Of a stretch of DNA of 29,635 bases, positions 1 through 9,522 are shown piece by piece. Under the pieces are notes generated by a model. The model did not search any database. It saw only the letters and a list, made by a program, of their open reading frames with translations, and was not told where the DNA came from. A program made the translations under genes and the position numbers. The stretch is from assembly GCA_029555085.1 (NCBI GenBank), contig JAKPTO010000038.1, positions 1 through 29,635 on the forward strand, read 5' to 3'. Source of the stretch: a bacterium. Lineage in GTDB: Bacteria > Patescibacteriota > Patescibacteriia > UBA1558 > S5-K13. How positions within the stretch are numbered: the first letter of the stretch is position 1; the number at the start of each line of letters is the position of its first letter.

Positions 1-2
1 CA

Positions 3-1436
3 TTTAAGGATGTTGAAATCGCCGATAATCAATTAATACTTCCAACTGGTGTTATTATTACATTTAATGATGAACAATATGAGGGTGTAAAAAAAATTCG
101 TAAATGGTTAAAAAATGGTCAAACGTTTTTTACTCTTGCCGGGCCTGCTGGTTCTGGAAAAACAACAATGATAAAAAAAGTACTTGACAATTATCATTTT
201 AGTGTTGTTGCTAGTGCACCAACTCATAAAGCGAAAAAAGTGATAATGAGTACGACAGACCTACCAGCACAAACTTTGCATTCTTTGCTTGGCCTACGTC
301 CAGATGTTGATCTTGATAATTTTAATCCAAATCAACCTGAATTTGGTCCAATTGCAATACCAAAAATCGGTGATTATAATTTTGTTATTATTGATGAGGC
401 ATCTATGATTAATCTCGATCTTTATAATTTGATAGTAGAGAAAACAAAAAATACATACACAAAAGTTTTATTTATTGGTGATCCAGCACAAATACCGCCA
501 GTCGGTGAAAAAGAAAGTGTTGTTTTTAATCAAAAATCAAATGAATTTTATCAATTAACAAAAATTGAACGTCAAAATGATGGTAATCCAATATGGACAG
601 TTTATGATAATTTAAGAAACCATTTAACTGATATTGATGGTGGATTTAAAAGACAATCTGTAATTAATGAAAAAGGTGAAGGTATTATTTTCACTACCGA
701 CAAAAAAGAATTTCGTCAGGCAATTCTAGACAAATATAGATCGGATGAATTTAAAGAAAATACAGATTATGTGAAAGTTATTGCCTGGAGAAATAAAACT
801 GTTATGTTATCCAATGAGATTATTCGAACAGAATTATTTGGAAAAAATAGTGATATTGTCGAAGTTGGGGATATTTTGATGGGTTATAGAAGCGTTAGAA
901 CAGCAAGTGCAACACATAATATAATTGAAAATTCTGCCGATTATAGAGTTGTTGGTAAATCCGAATATCAGACGAACAAATATAAAATTAAAGGGTGGAA
1001 TGTGAAAATTCGTGAAGATTTACCTCGTGGTAAATACAAATTCAAAGATATTTTTATAATAGATACTAGCGATCACGAAAATCTTCATAAATACGCTCAA
1101 TTACATGACAAATATAAAGAGCAGGCAAAAAAATTACAAGGACCTGGTGCATGGACAGAATATTATAAATTCAGACGATTGAACATTCTTATGAAAACCA
1201 TAACCACATATGAAGATGGTAAATTTCGTTCAAGACCAGATATTATTGTTAAGGATATGGATTATGGAATGACAATAACAGCACATAAAGCACAGGGGTC
1301 CACATATACACATGTATTTGTAATGGAAAACGATATAGATGCGAATTGGTTAATTAAAGAACGCAATCAATTAAAATACACATCATTTACTAGACCAATT
1401 ATATCCGCAACAGTATTAACAAATGAAATTGATTAA
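3..1436 (+). CDS. SF1B DNA helicase, Dda/RecD-like (5' end truncated by the window edge)
   Basis: The frame is open from position 3 (FKDVEIADNQL...FTLAGPAGSGKTTM), so the Walker A motif lies upstream of the listed Met at 168. Also SAPTHKA, Walker B IIDEASM, IGDPAQIPPV, TAHKAQGSTY and YTSFTR motifs. Confidence 0.9.
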   Translation, partial: FKDVEIADNQLILPTGVIITFNDEQYEGVKKIRKWLKNGQTFFTLAGPAGSGKTTMIKKVLDNYHFSVVASAPTHKAKKVIMSTTDLPAQTLHSLLGLRPDVDLDNFNPNQPEFGPIAIPKIGDYNFVIIDEASMINLDLYNLIVEKTKNTYTKVLFIGDPAQIPPVGEKESVVFNQKSNEFYQLTKIERQNDGNPIWTVYDNLRNHLTDIDGGFKRQSVINEKGEGIIFTTDKKEFRQAILDKYRSDEFKENTDYVKVIAWRNKTVMLSNEIIRTELFGKNSDIVEVGDILMGYRSVRTASATHNIIENSADYRVVGKSEYQTNKYKIKGWNVKIREDLPRGKYKFKDIFIIDTSDHENLHKYAQLHDKYKEQAKKLQGPGAWTEYYKFRRLNILMKTITTYEDGKFRSRPDIIVKDMDYGMTITAHKAQGSTYTHVFVMENDIDANWLIKERNQLKYTSFTRPIISATVLTNEID

Positions 1437-1438
1437 AA

Positions 1439-1813
1439 ATGACAACAAGAAAGAAAAAACCAACGGTAACACAAGTGATTCCGACACCAACGCCGGAAAA
1501 AAAGAAAGTTAATTTAAAAGATCCTCAAGGTATGAAGGTTTCAGTGCCAGATAATATGGTAATTAATAAAAGGGAAGACTATACGAATTTATCTATTGAA
1601 GACGATTCTGACGATTTCTTATTATATAACATGAAAACGTATATTAAAGAATGTTCAGAATGGGGATCGAATATCCAAGTATCAAAATGGGCAAATGAAA
1701 CTGGTTTTGAAATAATTCATCAGAACAAAAATGGTGCTTTTCAGCATTTATCAATTGCAAAAGAAGAGGCGCAACTTCTAATTAAAATGATAAATAAAAT
1801 GATTGATCGTTAA
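1439..1813 (+). CDS. hypothetical protein
   Basis: 124-aa ORF tightly packed between its neighbours; no recognised motif. Confidence 0.75.
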   Translation: MTTRKKKPTVTQVIPTPTPEKKKVNLKDPQGMKVSVPDNMVINKREDYTNLSIEDDSDDFLLYNMKTYIKECSEWGSNIQVSKWANETGFEIIHQNKNGAFQHLSIAKEEAQLLIKMINKMIDR

Positions 1814-1815
1814 AA

Positions 1816-2802
1816 ATGATTGAAGATTATATAAAAGATAAAGTAATTGCAATTACATCATTTTGTGATACTGATGAAAAACGTCAAGTGTTAATAAACA
1901 ACATTATTTTATTACGTCAGAAATTTCCCAATACAAAAATTGCACTTCACGCCAATTATCCGTTATCAGAAAGCATTCAAAAATCCGTTGATTATTATCT
2001 TTATCAAGATTTAAATTTTATTGGTGATGATAAATGGACATATTATTGGCATCAAATAATTAATGATAAAACAGGAAAACCATATTTTAATAAGAGATTT
2101 TATTATTCAATTCTAGATACGGGATTTTCTGTTTTTCAACAAATTAAATCTTTAACAAAATTTTTAATTGATTATCAATGGGTTTTGTTAATAAATTATG
2201 ATCTTTCAGTTGAAGAACTTAATAAAAATGATTATACCACAAATTACGATTTGACTGTTCATCTTTTTCCTGAAGGTGATGCTTATTCAATGATTGTTAT
2301 GTTTTATAAACCACAAGTTTTTTACGAAAAGGTGGTAAAATATTTCACATATGAAAATTGGATGAAGCCAGAGAGAGTTGATCAACTTAACGAACAACGA
2401 TTTTATGATATTATACACGAATCAAATATCAGTGTGTTTGAACATAAACATAAAATTACTGATAAAATAAGTGGTATGCCAGATTATGTTTATCCCGATT
2501 GTAGCCCTGGAAATAAGCCAAATGCACCACATAACAATTTTTTTAAAGGTTATCTTTTGGTTCAAACAGACGATTTTTTTGAAATTTATTTGTGGGATCT
2601 TTTATCAGACATATCAAAAATAGTTTTTGTTATGAATGATGAAATTTACATTGTAAAAAATCAAAATCGTGAAGGGGGATTTGAATATTATCTTCCATAT
2701 GTGGGTCAAAAAATTGATGATATTAAAATTAAATCAATTAATGATGTTCCGGTAGATATAGATTTAGTGGTAAAAAAAGGATATATAACAAGAGATGTTT
2801 AA
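1816..2802 (+). CDS. hypothetical protein (possible glycosyltransferase-like fold)
   Basis: 328-aa ORF; N-terminal beta/alpha pattern and INYD motif are loosely GT-A-like. The function is a guess. Confidence 0.6.
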   Translation: MIEDYIKDKVIAITSFCDTDEKRQVLINNIILLRQKFPNTKIALHANYPLSESIQKSVDYYLYQDLNFIGDDKWTYYWHQIINDKTGKPYFNKRFYYSILDTGFSVFQQIKSLTKFLIDYQWVLLINYDLSVEELNKNDYTTNYDLTVHLFPEGDAYSMIVMFYKPQVFYEKVVKYFTYENWMKPERVDQLNEQRFYDIIHESNISVFEHKHKITDKISGMPDYVYPDCSPGNKPNAPHNNFFKGYLLVQTDDFFEIYLWDLLSDISKIVFVMNDEIYIVKNQNREGGFEYYLPYVGQKIDDIKIKSINDVPVDIDLVVKKGYITRDV

Positions 2803-2809
2803 ATATTTT

Positions 2810-2840
2810 TTTGTTTTTTTTAAATTTTTTTTTATCTTTG
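2810..2840 (+). promoter_or_regulatory. Bacteroidota sigma70-type promoter (-33/-7)
   Basis: TTTG 2810-2813, 19-nt spacer, TATCTTTG 2833-2840; intergenic. Confidence 0.75.
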
Positions 2841-2865
2841 TGTTGTTAAAACAAAATTAAATAAC

Positions 2866-3126
2866 ATGAGAAGAGAAATGCTCCAAGTGACGTGGAAAAT
2901 AATAAGAAGAAAGGGAAACGGGAGAACACCAGAAACATATTGTACTTACATCGCCGAAAATGAAAAATATAAACATAAATTAAAAACTATTGAAGGAACA
3001 AAGTTATTTGATTTATTATCAACACATAAAATATCTAAAAGGCCGGAATTTGAGAAAAAAGTTATGATAGATGGAATGTATCGTGGTGATAAATTGATTT
3101 TTATTACTAACCCAAGAATCTTTTAA
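2866..3126 (+). CDS. hypothetical protein
   Basis: 86-aa ORF directly downstream of a promoter. Confidence 0.7.
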   Translation: MRREMLQVTWKIIRRKGNGRTPETYCTYIAENEKYKHKLKTIEGTKLFDLLSTHKISKRPEFEKKVMIDGMYRGDKLIFITNPRIF

Positions 3127-3128
3127 TT

Positions 3129-3518
3129 GTGGAAAAGACGTTAATATTAGTTAGAGGATTACCCGGAAGTGGAAAAACCACATTTAGTGAATTATTTGGT
3201 AAAACTAATATTTGTTCCAATGATGATTATCATATGGTTAAGGGCAAATATGAATGGAAAAAAGAAAAAGAAGCTTTAGCACGTTTTGAATGTCAAAAAA
3301 AGTGTGAACGGCTAATGACGACAAATACACCAACGATAGTGGTGGCAAACACATTAACAACATCAGATGAAATGTCACCATATTATATTTTGGCCGACAA
3401 ATACAATTATAGAGTTTTTTCTGTCATTGTTGAAAATCGTCATGATGGAATAAGTTTACATAACGTTCCAAATGATACTATTCAAGAAATGAGAAATCGT
3501 TTTGAAATTAAATTATAA
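3129..3518 (+). CDS. small P-loop kinase (AAA_33 / polynucleotide-kinase-like)
   Basis: LILVRGLPGSGKTT Walker A, SNDDY, VVANT, and a C-terminal HNVP..TIQEMRNRFE. Confidence 0.85.
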   Translation: MEKTLILVRGLPGSGKTTFSELFGKTNICSNDDYHMVKGKYEWKKEKEALARFECQKKCERLMTTNTPTIVVANTLTTSDEMSPYYILADKYNYRVFSVIVENRHDGISLHNVPNDTIQEMRNRFEIKL

Positions 3519-3521
3519 AAA

Positions 3522-3857
3522 ATGAGTTATATAGAATATAGTAAAGTATCAGACGATCTTAAATACAAATATAGATTGTTGATAGATACAATAAAAGAAT
3601 ATGGTGAAAAACTACCGAAAAAACACGGATCATGGTATCGAGTGAAGGCATTTGACGATAACTGGCTTGTATATGATTCATGGAACGGACAGGTTTATTT
3701 GTATCGTAATGGTGCAGAACCATCTAGTCCTAACAACATGTATCATGTTGTTTATGTGTTTTTTGATAAAGACGGAAAAGTTAATAATTATTCGACAGTT
3801 GAACCACATATGGCAGATTTTTGGAGAGCACATATTATAAAAAAAAAACAAAATTAA
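3522..3857 (+). CDS. hypothetical protein
   Basis: 111-aa ORF in operon-like packing. Confidence 0.7.
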   Translation: MSYIEYSKVSDDLKYKYRLLIDTIKEYGEKLPKKHGSWYRVKAFDDNWLVYDSWNGQVYLYRNGAEPSSPNNMYHVVYVFFDKDGKVNNYSTVEPHMADFWRAHIIKKKQN

Positions 3858-3858
3858 A

Positions 3859-5766
3859 ATGAACACCGAACTTCTTGAACGAATTGAAAATAAAAAAGCA
3901 AAACTTGAAGATGTTAAAATTGCCTTGAAAGAAAAATTTATTGGTATTGATGATGTTATTGATAAAGTAATTAATAATATTTCTTTATGGTATTTAACAC
4001 CAGAAATCCAATTTAAACCATTAATTATATCATTATGGGGTATTACTGGTGTAGGTAAAACCGATCTAGTTCGTACTCTGGTTCGTCTTTTGAATTTTAC
4101 AGATAAGTTCATTGAAATTCAAATGGATGTGAAAAATGAATATAGTCGAACAATTGAAAGTTATTTAGATAATAGTGGTATTGAATCAAACGAGCCGGCA
4201 ATACTATTACTTGATGAAATTCAAAGATATCGTACAATTGATGAAGCTGGCCGTATGATTGAAAATAAATATTTTAACGATGTTTGGGTTCTACTTTCAG
4301 ATGGAAGATTTCAAAACAATTCTCGTCGTAGAGCTGATTTGATTCAAATGTTGATGGAAGAAATGTATTGGATAGATAGAAGCGATGATGATAATAACGA
4401 TAAAGATACACCAAACATAGAAACCGAAAACCCCAAAAAAAATAAAATTTATAAATATCACACATCATACTGGACTGCAAGTAGATTTAAAAAAATGTTA
4501 AATCTACAAATGTCTACTGAAGAAATTATGAAAATGACATTAGGGGAAAGAATGAAAATCATGGAAGACACTCTTAAAATTGGAAATGTCAATGAGGGAA
4601 AATCATACGAAAAACTTTTGATTTTTATTTCTGGAAACATTGATAGCGCATTTAAAATGTCTGATGATGTTGAAGATAGTGAAACTGATGCTGATGTATA
4701 TCATGAATTATCAAAAAGAGTTAATATTGTAAAAATAAAAACCGCGTTGGCCACACAATTTAAGCCCGAACAAATTGCTAGATTTGGTAATAATCATATA
4801 ATATATCCTTGTTTGGACAAAAAAAGTTATTATACTATTATTAAAAAAAATTGTCAACAAATTTTAGATAGAATTAAAAAAGAACATCATATTGTAATTA
4901 CACTATCTGATACAATTTATGATATAATATATCGTAATGGTGTATTTCCAACACAAGGGGTTAGACCCGCAATTTCTACTGTTTTTAATGTTCTTGGTAG
5001 TAATCTACCTTATTTTATGTATCATGCACTTATAAATGATGTAGACTCGTTTTATTTGGATTATAAAAACAAAAAATTATTTTCAACAATAAATGGTAGT
5101 AAAATTTCTAAGGAAATTATCTTGGATTTGGATATTATTCGTGAAAATAAGTCCATTGATGAAAAAATGCTCATAACTGTTCATGAATTGGGTCATGCAT
5201 TAGTATACGCATTACTTTATAAAACACCACCCAAACAAATAAACATTAATAGTTCTGGTCTTTCAGACGGGTTTGTTATTAATCACAGTGCGGTTGATAA
5301 TAAAACTTTCATAAGGAATCAGATTGCCATTTATTTGGCTGGACAAGCAGCGGAAGAATTGGTGTTTGGTGAAAATTTTAAATCTAGTGGTGCCTCAGCA
5401 GATATTACATTTGCTACCGATGTTGCTGGTAGATATGTTAGGGTATATGGAATGAATGGTACCGTATCAAGAATTGACAGAGAAGTGCAATCAACGTCAT
5501 TCCATATGAATTATGATGTTGATGCTACTAATATTGAAATTGAAAAAATTCTATCTGAAGAAAAGAAAAGAGCCACAGATTTATTAAATAAAAATATAAA
5601 AGTTTATAAGGAACTTATTCGTTTTACAATTACCACAAACGATATTACTATTAATGACTTTCTCATTATTTGTAATAATTTTGATATGGGTATTGTACCA
5701 AAAGAAATTAATGAAAAATTAATTTATTCATATGATGAAAAAGTCAGACATTTTTTAGAGCAATGA
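3859..5766 (+). CDS. AAA+ ATPase fused to an M41 (FtsH-type) zinc peptidase domain, no transmembrane segment
   Basis: Walker A GITGVGKT, Walker B LLLDE, Clp-like FKPEQIARFG; C-terminal HELGHA, LAGQAAEELVFG, GASAD and YGM motifs of peptidase M41. Confidence 0.85.
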   Translation: MNTELLERIENKKAKLEDVKIALKEKFIGIDDVIDKVINNISLWYLTPEIQFKPLIISLWGITGVGKTDLVRTLVRLLNFTDKFIEIQMDVKNEYSRTIESYLDNSGIESNEPAILLLDEIQRYRTIDEAGRMIENKYFNDVWVLLSDGRFQNNSRRRADLIQMLMEEMYWIDRSDDDNNDKDTPNIETENPKKNKIYKYHTSYWTASRFKKMLNLQMSTEEIMKMTLGERMKIMEDTLKIGNVNEGKSYEKLLIFISGNIDSAFKMSDDVEDSETDADVYHELSKRVNIVKIKTALATQFKPEQIARFGNNHIIYPCLDKKSYYTIIKKNCQQILDRIKKEHHIVITLSDTIYDIIYRNGVFPTQGVRPAISTVFNVLGSNLPYFMYHALINDVDSFYLDYKNKKLFSTINGSKISKEIILDLDIIRENKSIDEKMLITVHELGHALVYALLYKTPPKQININSSGLSDGFVINHSAVDNKTFIRNQIAIYLAGQAAEELVFGENFKSSGASADITFATDVAGRYVRVYGMNGTVSRIDREVQSTSFHMNYDVDATNIEIEKILSEEKKRATDLLNKNIKVYKELIRFTITTNDITINDFLIICNNFDMGIVPKEINEKLIYSYDEKVRHFLEQ

Positions 5767-5816
5767 GTAACAAATAATAAATAATTTTCGTATCATTGTG
5801 AAAATTTAAAAACATT

Positions 5817-5933
5817 ATGAAAGCAAAGAAAGGAGATAGTTTGGGGTCACGTATGAAAGAGTTTTATGAAAATAGAAGTCGTATCACCCTTCCTCGTAGA
5901 ACCTATACGATAATTCGAAAAGGAAATAATTAA
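5817..5933 (+). pseudogene. N-terminal remnant of a Thg1-like (tRNA-His guanylyltransferase) gene
   Basis: Translates as MKAKKGDSLGSRMKEFYENRSRITLPRRTYTIIRKGNN*. This resembles the start of bacterial Thg1-like proteins (DSLGxRMKxYE...LP...IIRxDG) but stops where the catalytic DG should begin. Confidence 0.7.
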
Positions 5934-5962
5934 TAATTTTAATTTAAACAAATTTTAGTATT

Positions 5963-6316
5963 ATGAACGAAGAAAACAACGTAGCAATGGATGGGGCATT
6001 TTATGGCTCATTAAAGAGAAACAACAAGCAAATACGGGATGACCGTGCGCTTGCGATTGCAGAAGATACCGAATTGGTATACAAGCGTAAAATTGAAGAT
6101 TTGGAAACAAGTCTGAAAAGAATGAGAAGGGAACAGGAAAACATGCTTGACCTTTCTCCAACTAACGCTCAGTCACTTATACTGGCAAGTGACTTCGATT
6201 CAAATAAATATGCCGATAAGGATATTGAATTGGGTGTAAAAATTCGTAACACCGAAATTACACTGGAAATTGCCAGAAAGAGATACGAGTACTTATTTAG
6301 CGGTGGAGACAAATAA
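5963..6316 (+). CDS. helical/coiled-coil hypothetical protein
   Basis: 117 aa, charged heptad-like helices; its stop overlaps the start of the vWA gene (TAATG). Confidence 0.8.
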   Translation: MNEENNVAMDGAFYGSLKRNNKQIRDDRALAIAEDTELVYKRKIEDLETSLKRMRREQENMLDLSPTNAQSLILASDFDSNKYADKDIELGVKIRNTEITLEIARKRYEYLFSGGDK

Positions 6317-7200
6317 TGGGTGGTGGTTATTATTCATTAGAAAAACGCTCGTTTAGAGCAAGAACTTTGGGGTATACAACCAAAGCTACACATGAGATTT
6401 TTCAAAGGCGTTCAATTAATAACGCAATGAACCCTCATGGAATTGTGATAAGAGAATCACGTGATTCGGATGAACATCCCAATTCATTGTCAATCATATT
6501 AGGATTGGATGTAACTGGCTCAATGGGTACTATTCCACATTTTCTCGTGAAAGATGGATTACCAACCCTCATGGGAAAAATTATTCAGGGTGGTATTGTC
6601 GACCCCCAGATATTATTCCTTGCCATTGGTGATCATGAATGTGATGATGCACCACTACAGGTTGCTCAATTCGAATCAAGTGATGAACTGCTTGACAAAT
6701 GGCTTACCGATGTTTATCTTGAAGGTGGTGGTGGTGGCAATTACGGGGAAAGTTACCTTCTTGCGTGGTATTTTGCAGGATATCATACATCAATTGATTG
6801 TTATGAAAAAAGAGGACAAAAAGGTTTTCTTTTCACAATTGGCGATGAACCCACGTTAAAGGAAATACCAAAACATTATCTTAAAGCAATAATGGGTGAT
6901 GGTCAATATTCTAATATGAGTGCAAGTGCTCTTTTAGAAAAAGCAAGTGAGAAATATCATTGCTTTCATTTGCATATTAAAGAAACGAATGCTGGTAGCC
7001 GTCAGGAAACTATTAATGGTTGGAAGCAGTTAATGAGTGACAACCTTATCGTGGTTGAAAACAAGAATGATGTTGCAAAAATAATTGCAAACAAAATTCT
7101 CGAAATTCACGGAACAACTTCAACAATATTAGAAGAAAATTCCATGACAAAGCAAGATGTAATAACAAACGATGATAATAAAATCGATATTATTTTGTGA
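6316..7200 (+). CDS. von Willebrand factor A (vWA) domain protein
   Basis: MIDAS-like LGLDVTGSMG, AIGD, EGGGGGNYGESY and FTIGDEP motifs. Confidence 0.85.
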   Translation: MGGGYYSLEKRSFRARTLGYTTKATHEIFQRRSINNAMNPHGIVIRESRDSDEHPNSLSIILGLDVTGSMGTIPHFLVKDGLPTLMGKIIQGGIVDPQILFLAIGDHECDDAPLQVAQFESSDELLDKWLTDVYLEGGGGGNYGESYLLAWYFAGYHTSIDCYEKRGQKGFLFTIGDEPTLKEIPKHYLKAIMGDGQYSNMSASALLEKASEKYHCFHLHIKETNAGSRQETINGWKQLMSDNLIVVENKNDVAKIIANKILEIHGTTSTILEENSMTKQDVITNDDNKIDIIL

Positions 7201-8345
7201 TAATGATTGGTAAAGCAGTTATTGGGATTGGGTTTGGGGATGAAGGAAAGGGTATAACAACCGATTTTCTTTGTTCCCAATCCCGTAATCCTATGGTAGT
7301 GAGATTTTCGGGTGGACATCAAGCAGGTCATACTGTTGTATTAAACGGTGTTAGACATGTATTCTCTAATTTCGGCTCAGGAACATTACGTGGTGTGCCA
7401 ACTTACTGGTCTAAGTATTGTACCGTTAATCCAATTGGAATTATTAACGAATACAATAAATTAATAGATAAGGGTGTTATACCCAAACTTTATATTGATG
7501 AAAAGTCCCCGATAACAACACCATATGATGTATTGTATAATCAAACTGTTGAAAGAGTTAAATTACACGGTAGTTGTGGCGTTGGTGTTGGGGCAACTAT
7601 TGAAAGAGAAGAAAATTATTATTCTCTACTGTTTGGAGATATATTTTATCCGTCTGTTTTTAAAATAAAATTAGAGGAAATAAGGAAATATTATTCTTTT
7701 AAAGACGAAAAATTTTTATTCGTTGATGTTGATGAGTTTATTAAATGTGTTGAACTTATCAAAGAAAATAAAAATATACAAATAACTAATGGAATACCTT
7801 ATTATTTACCATATTCATATCATAAATATGACGAATTGATTTTTGAAGGTTCCCAAGGATTATTACTGGATGCATCTATTGGCTTTTTTCCCCACGTCAC
7901 AAGAACAAATGTCAGTACAAAAAATATCGTTGATATGGGTTATTCTCCAAAAATATATTTAGTGACAAGGGCATACCAGACACGACATGGAAACGGTGCA
8001 ATGACTAATGGGCATATTCCAAATAACATAAAAATTGATATTAACGAAACAAATCATAAAAATAAATATCAGGGTGAGTTCAGGCGTGCAATTCTTGATT
8101 TGGACTTGCTAAAATATGCAATTTGTAAAGATGACTATATAAGAAATCAGGCATACAAATCTCTTGTCATCACGTGTCTTGACCACGTAGTTGATGAATA
8201 TAGATTTACTTATCAAGGAGAAATCATAAATTCTCTAAACCAAAATGAGTTCGTGGAAAAAATCAGTAAGATTTTAAAAATCAATGATATCTATATCAGT
8301 GAAACAAATGAAGCTGATAATATTAAAAAATTTAAAAACACGTAA
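7197..8345 (+). CDS. adenylosuccinate synthetase-like protein (divergent PurA family)
   Basis: GFGDEGKG, RFSGGHQAGHT, FEGSQGLLLD, FPHVTRT, TRAYQTRHGNG and TCLD motifs; the substrate loops differ from canonical PurA. Confidence 0.85.
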   Translation: MIMIGKAVIGIGFGDEGKGITTDFLCSQSRNPMVVRFSGGHQAGHTVVLNGVRHVFSNFGSGTLRGVPTYWSKYCTVNPIGIINEYNKLIDKGVIPKLYIDEKSPITTPYDVLYNQTVERVKLHGSCGVGVGATIEREENYYSLLFGDIFYPSVFKIKLEEIRKYYSFKDEKFLFVDVDEFIKCVELIKENKNIQITNGIPYYLPYSYHKYDELIFEGSQGLLLDASIGFFPHVTRTNVSTKNIVDMGYSPKIYLVTRAYQTRHGNGAMTNGHIPNNIKIDINETNHKNKYQGEFRRAILDLDLLKYAICKDDYIRNQAYKSLVITCLDHVVDEYRFTYQGEIINSLNQNEFVEKISKILKINDIYISETNEADNIKKFKNT

Positions 8346-8350
8346 TTACT

Positions 8351-8830
8351 ATGGGATGTGATTTTAGTTCAATTGGAAATTTTTCTGTATCAGTACGTGA
8401 TTGTCATATAAAAGATGGGCAACCAAAGGAATACTATGAAAAATTCATGGTTTATTGTGAATTTATGGATGAAAAGAATAGTGATAAATGGGATGTTGCA
8501 ATTCCTTTGCTTAAATTGGGTAGGCTCGAAAAGTTAAAAAAGAATTATCGTTTTAAACCCGAATTCAACCTCATGAAAATATTATGGGAAGAAATTGAAA
8601 AAAGAGAATTTATCGTTGAAGGTTATATTGGGATTGTAAGCTACTATCATGAACATGAAACAGGTAAAAAGATTTATAAACATTATTATTTAGTATCTAA
8701 TATTGGTGAAGAACCCATCGAATTGTCATCACCAGCAAGAAGCGTTAACATACCATCCCATCATGTTCATGATTATAATGAACATAAATGGATAATTGAA
8801 AACGGATTAAAATTTTTGGTGATGTTATAA
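8351..8830 (+). CDS. hypothetical protein
   Basis: 159-aa ORF in operon-like packing. Confidence 0.7.
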   Translation: MGCDFSSIGNFSVSVRDCHIKDGQPKEYYEKFMVYCEFMDEKNSDKWDVAIPLLKLGRLEKLKKNYRFKPEFNLMKILWEEIEKREFIVEGYIGIVSYYHEHETGKKIYKHYYLVSNIGEEPIELSSPARSVNIPSHHVHDYNEHKWIIENGLKFLVML

Positions 8831-8844
8831 ATAATAATTAAAAT

Positions 8845-9510
8845 ATGGAACACAATGATTTTTTAAACAGAGTTTTTGATGAAGGCATTAAGGCCGCAAC
8901 TGCAGATTATACTAACCCTGATGATAAACATCGACTAAAGCCAAAAAGATTTGAACTTAGAATGTATTTCTTTGTAGCACATAATCTAAGTTCCATTCAA
9001 CAAGGAATTCAGGCAGGTCACGCCGCTTTGGAATATGCCGATAAATTTGGTAATGATGAAACATTCATTGATTTTGTAAGAAACTGGAAAACTTGGATAA
9101 TACTTAATGGTGGTACAACTAATAATAAAAAAGATGTTAATGGAATTGCGTTAGGTACTTTAAATCAAATTGCTGATGAATTGGAAGATAATGAAATTTC
9201 TTATGCATGTTTCCATGAACCCGAATTAAATAATGCACTAACCGCACTATGCTTTATCGTGGATGAAAGAGTGTTTAATTATGTTGATTATCCTGATTTT
9301 GTTAACTGGCTTCATGACATTAAAATGACTGATGAGGCAAAAAAAGAAATAAAAAAGAAAAATCCCACATTTTGGTTGACACTAAAATTACAACCAAAAA
9401 CACAACAAGAAATGTTTCCCGAATATTATAAAGAATGGATTGAATTTTTTGGCGGTAATAAAAATGTGTATCTTCGTGAATTGTTGAAAAATAAAGAATT
9501 AATACAATAA
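8845..9510 (+). CDS. peptidyl-tRNA hydrolase 2 (PTH2)-like phage protein
   Basis: MYFFVAHNLSSIQQGIQAGHAALE, TWIILNGG and FHEPELNNALTALCF follow the PTH2-fold pattern (QxxHA...EP...T). Confidence 0.6.
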   Translation: MEHNDFLNRVFDEGIKAATADYTNPDDKHRLKPKRFELRMYFFVAHNLSSIQQGIQAGHAALEYADKFGNDETFIDFVRNWKTWIILNGGTTNNKKDVNGIALGTLNQIADELEDNEISYACFHEPELNNALTALCFIVDERVFNYVDYPDFVNWLHDIKMTDEAKKEIKKKNPTFWLTLKLQPKTQQEMFPEYYKEWIEFFGGNKNVYLRELLKNKELIQ

Positions 9511-9522
9511 AATAATAAACAA

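Noticed and set aside
7197-8345. PurZ / 2-aminoadenine (Z) genome pathway
   Set aside because: PurZ has Ser in place of the catalytic Asp (GSTGKG-type). This protein keeps GDEGKG, and no HD-family dATPase or DNA polymerase is visible in the window.
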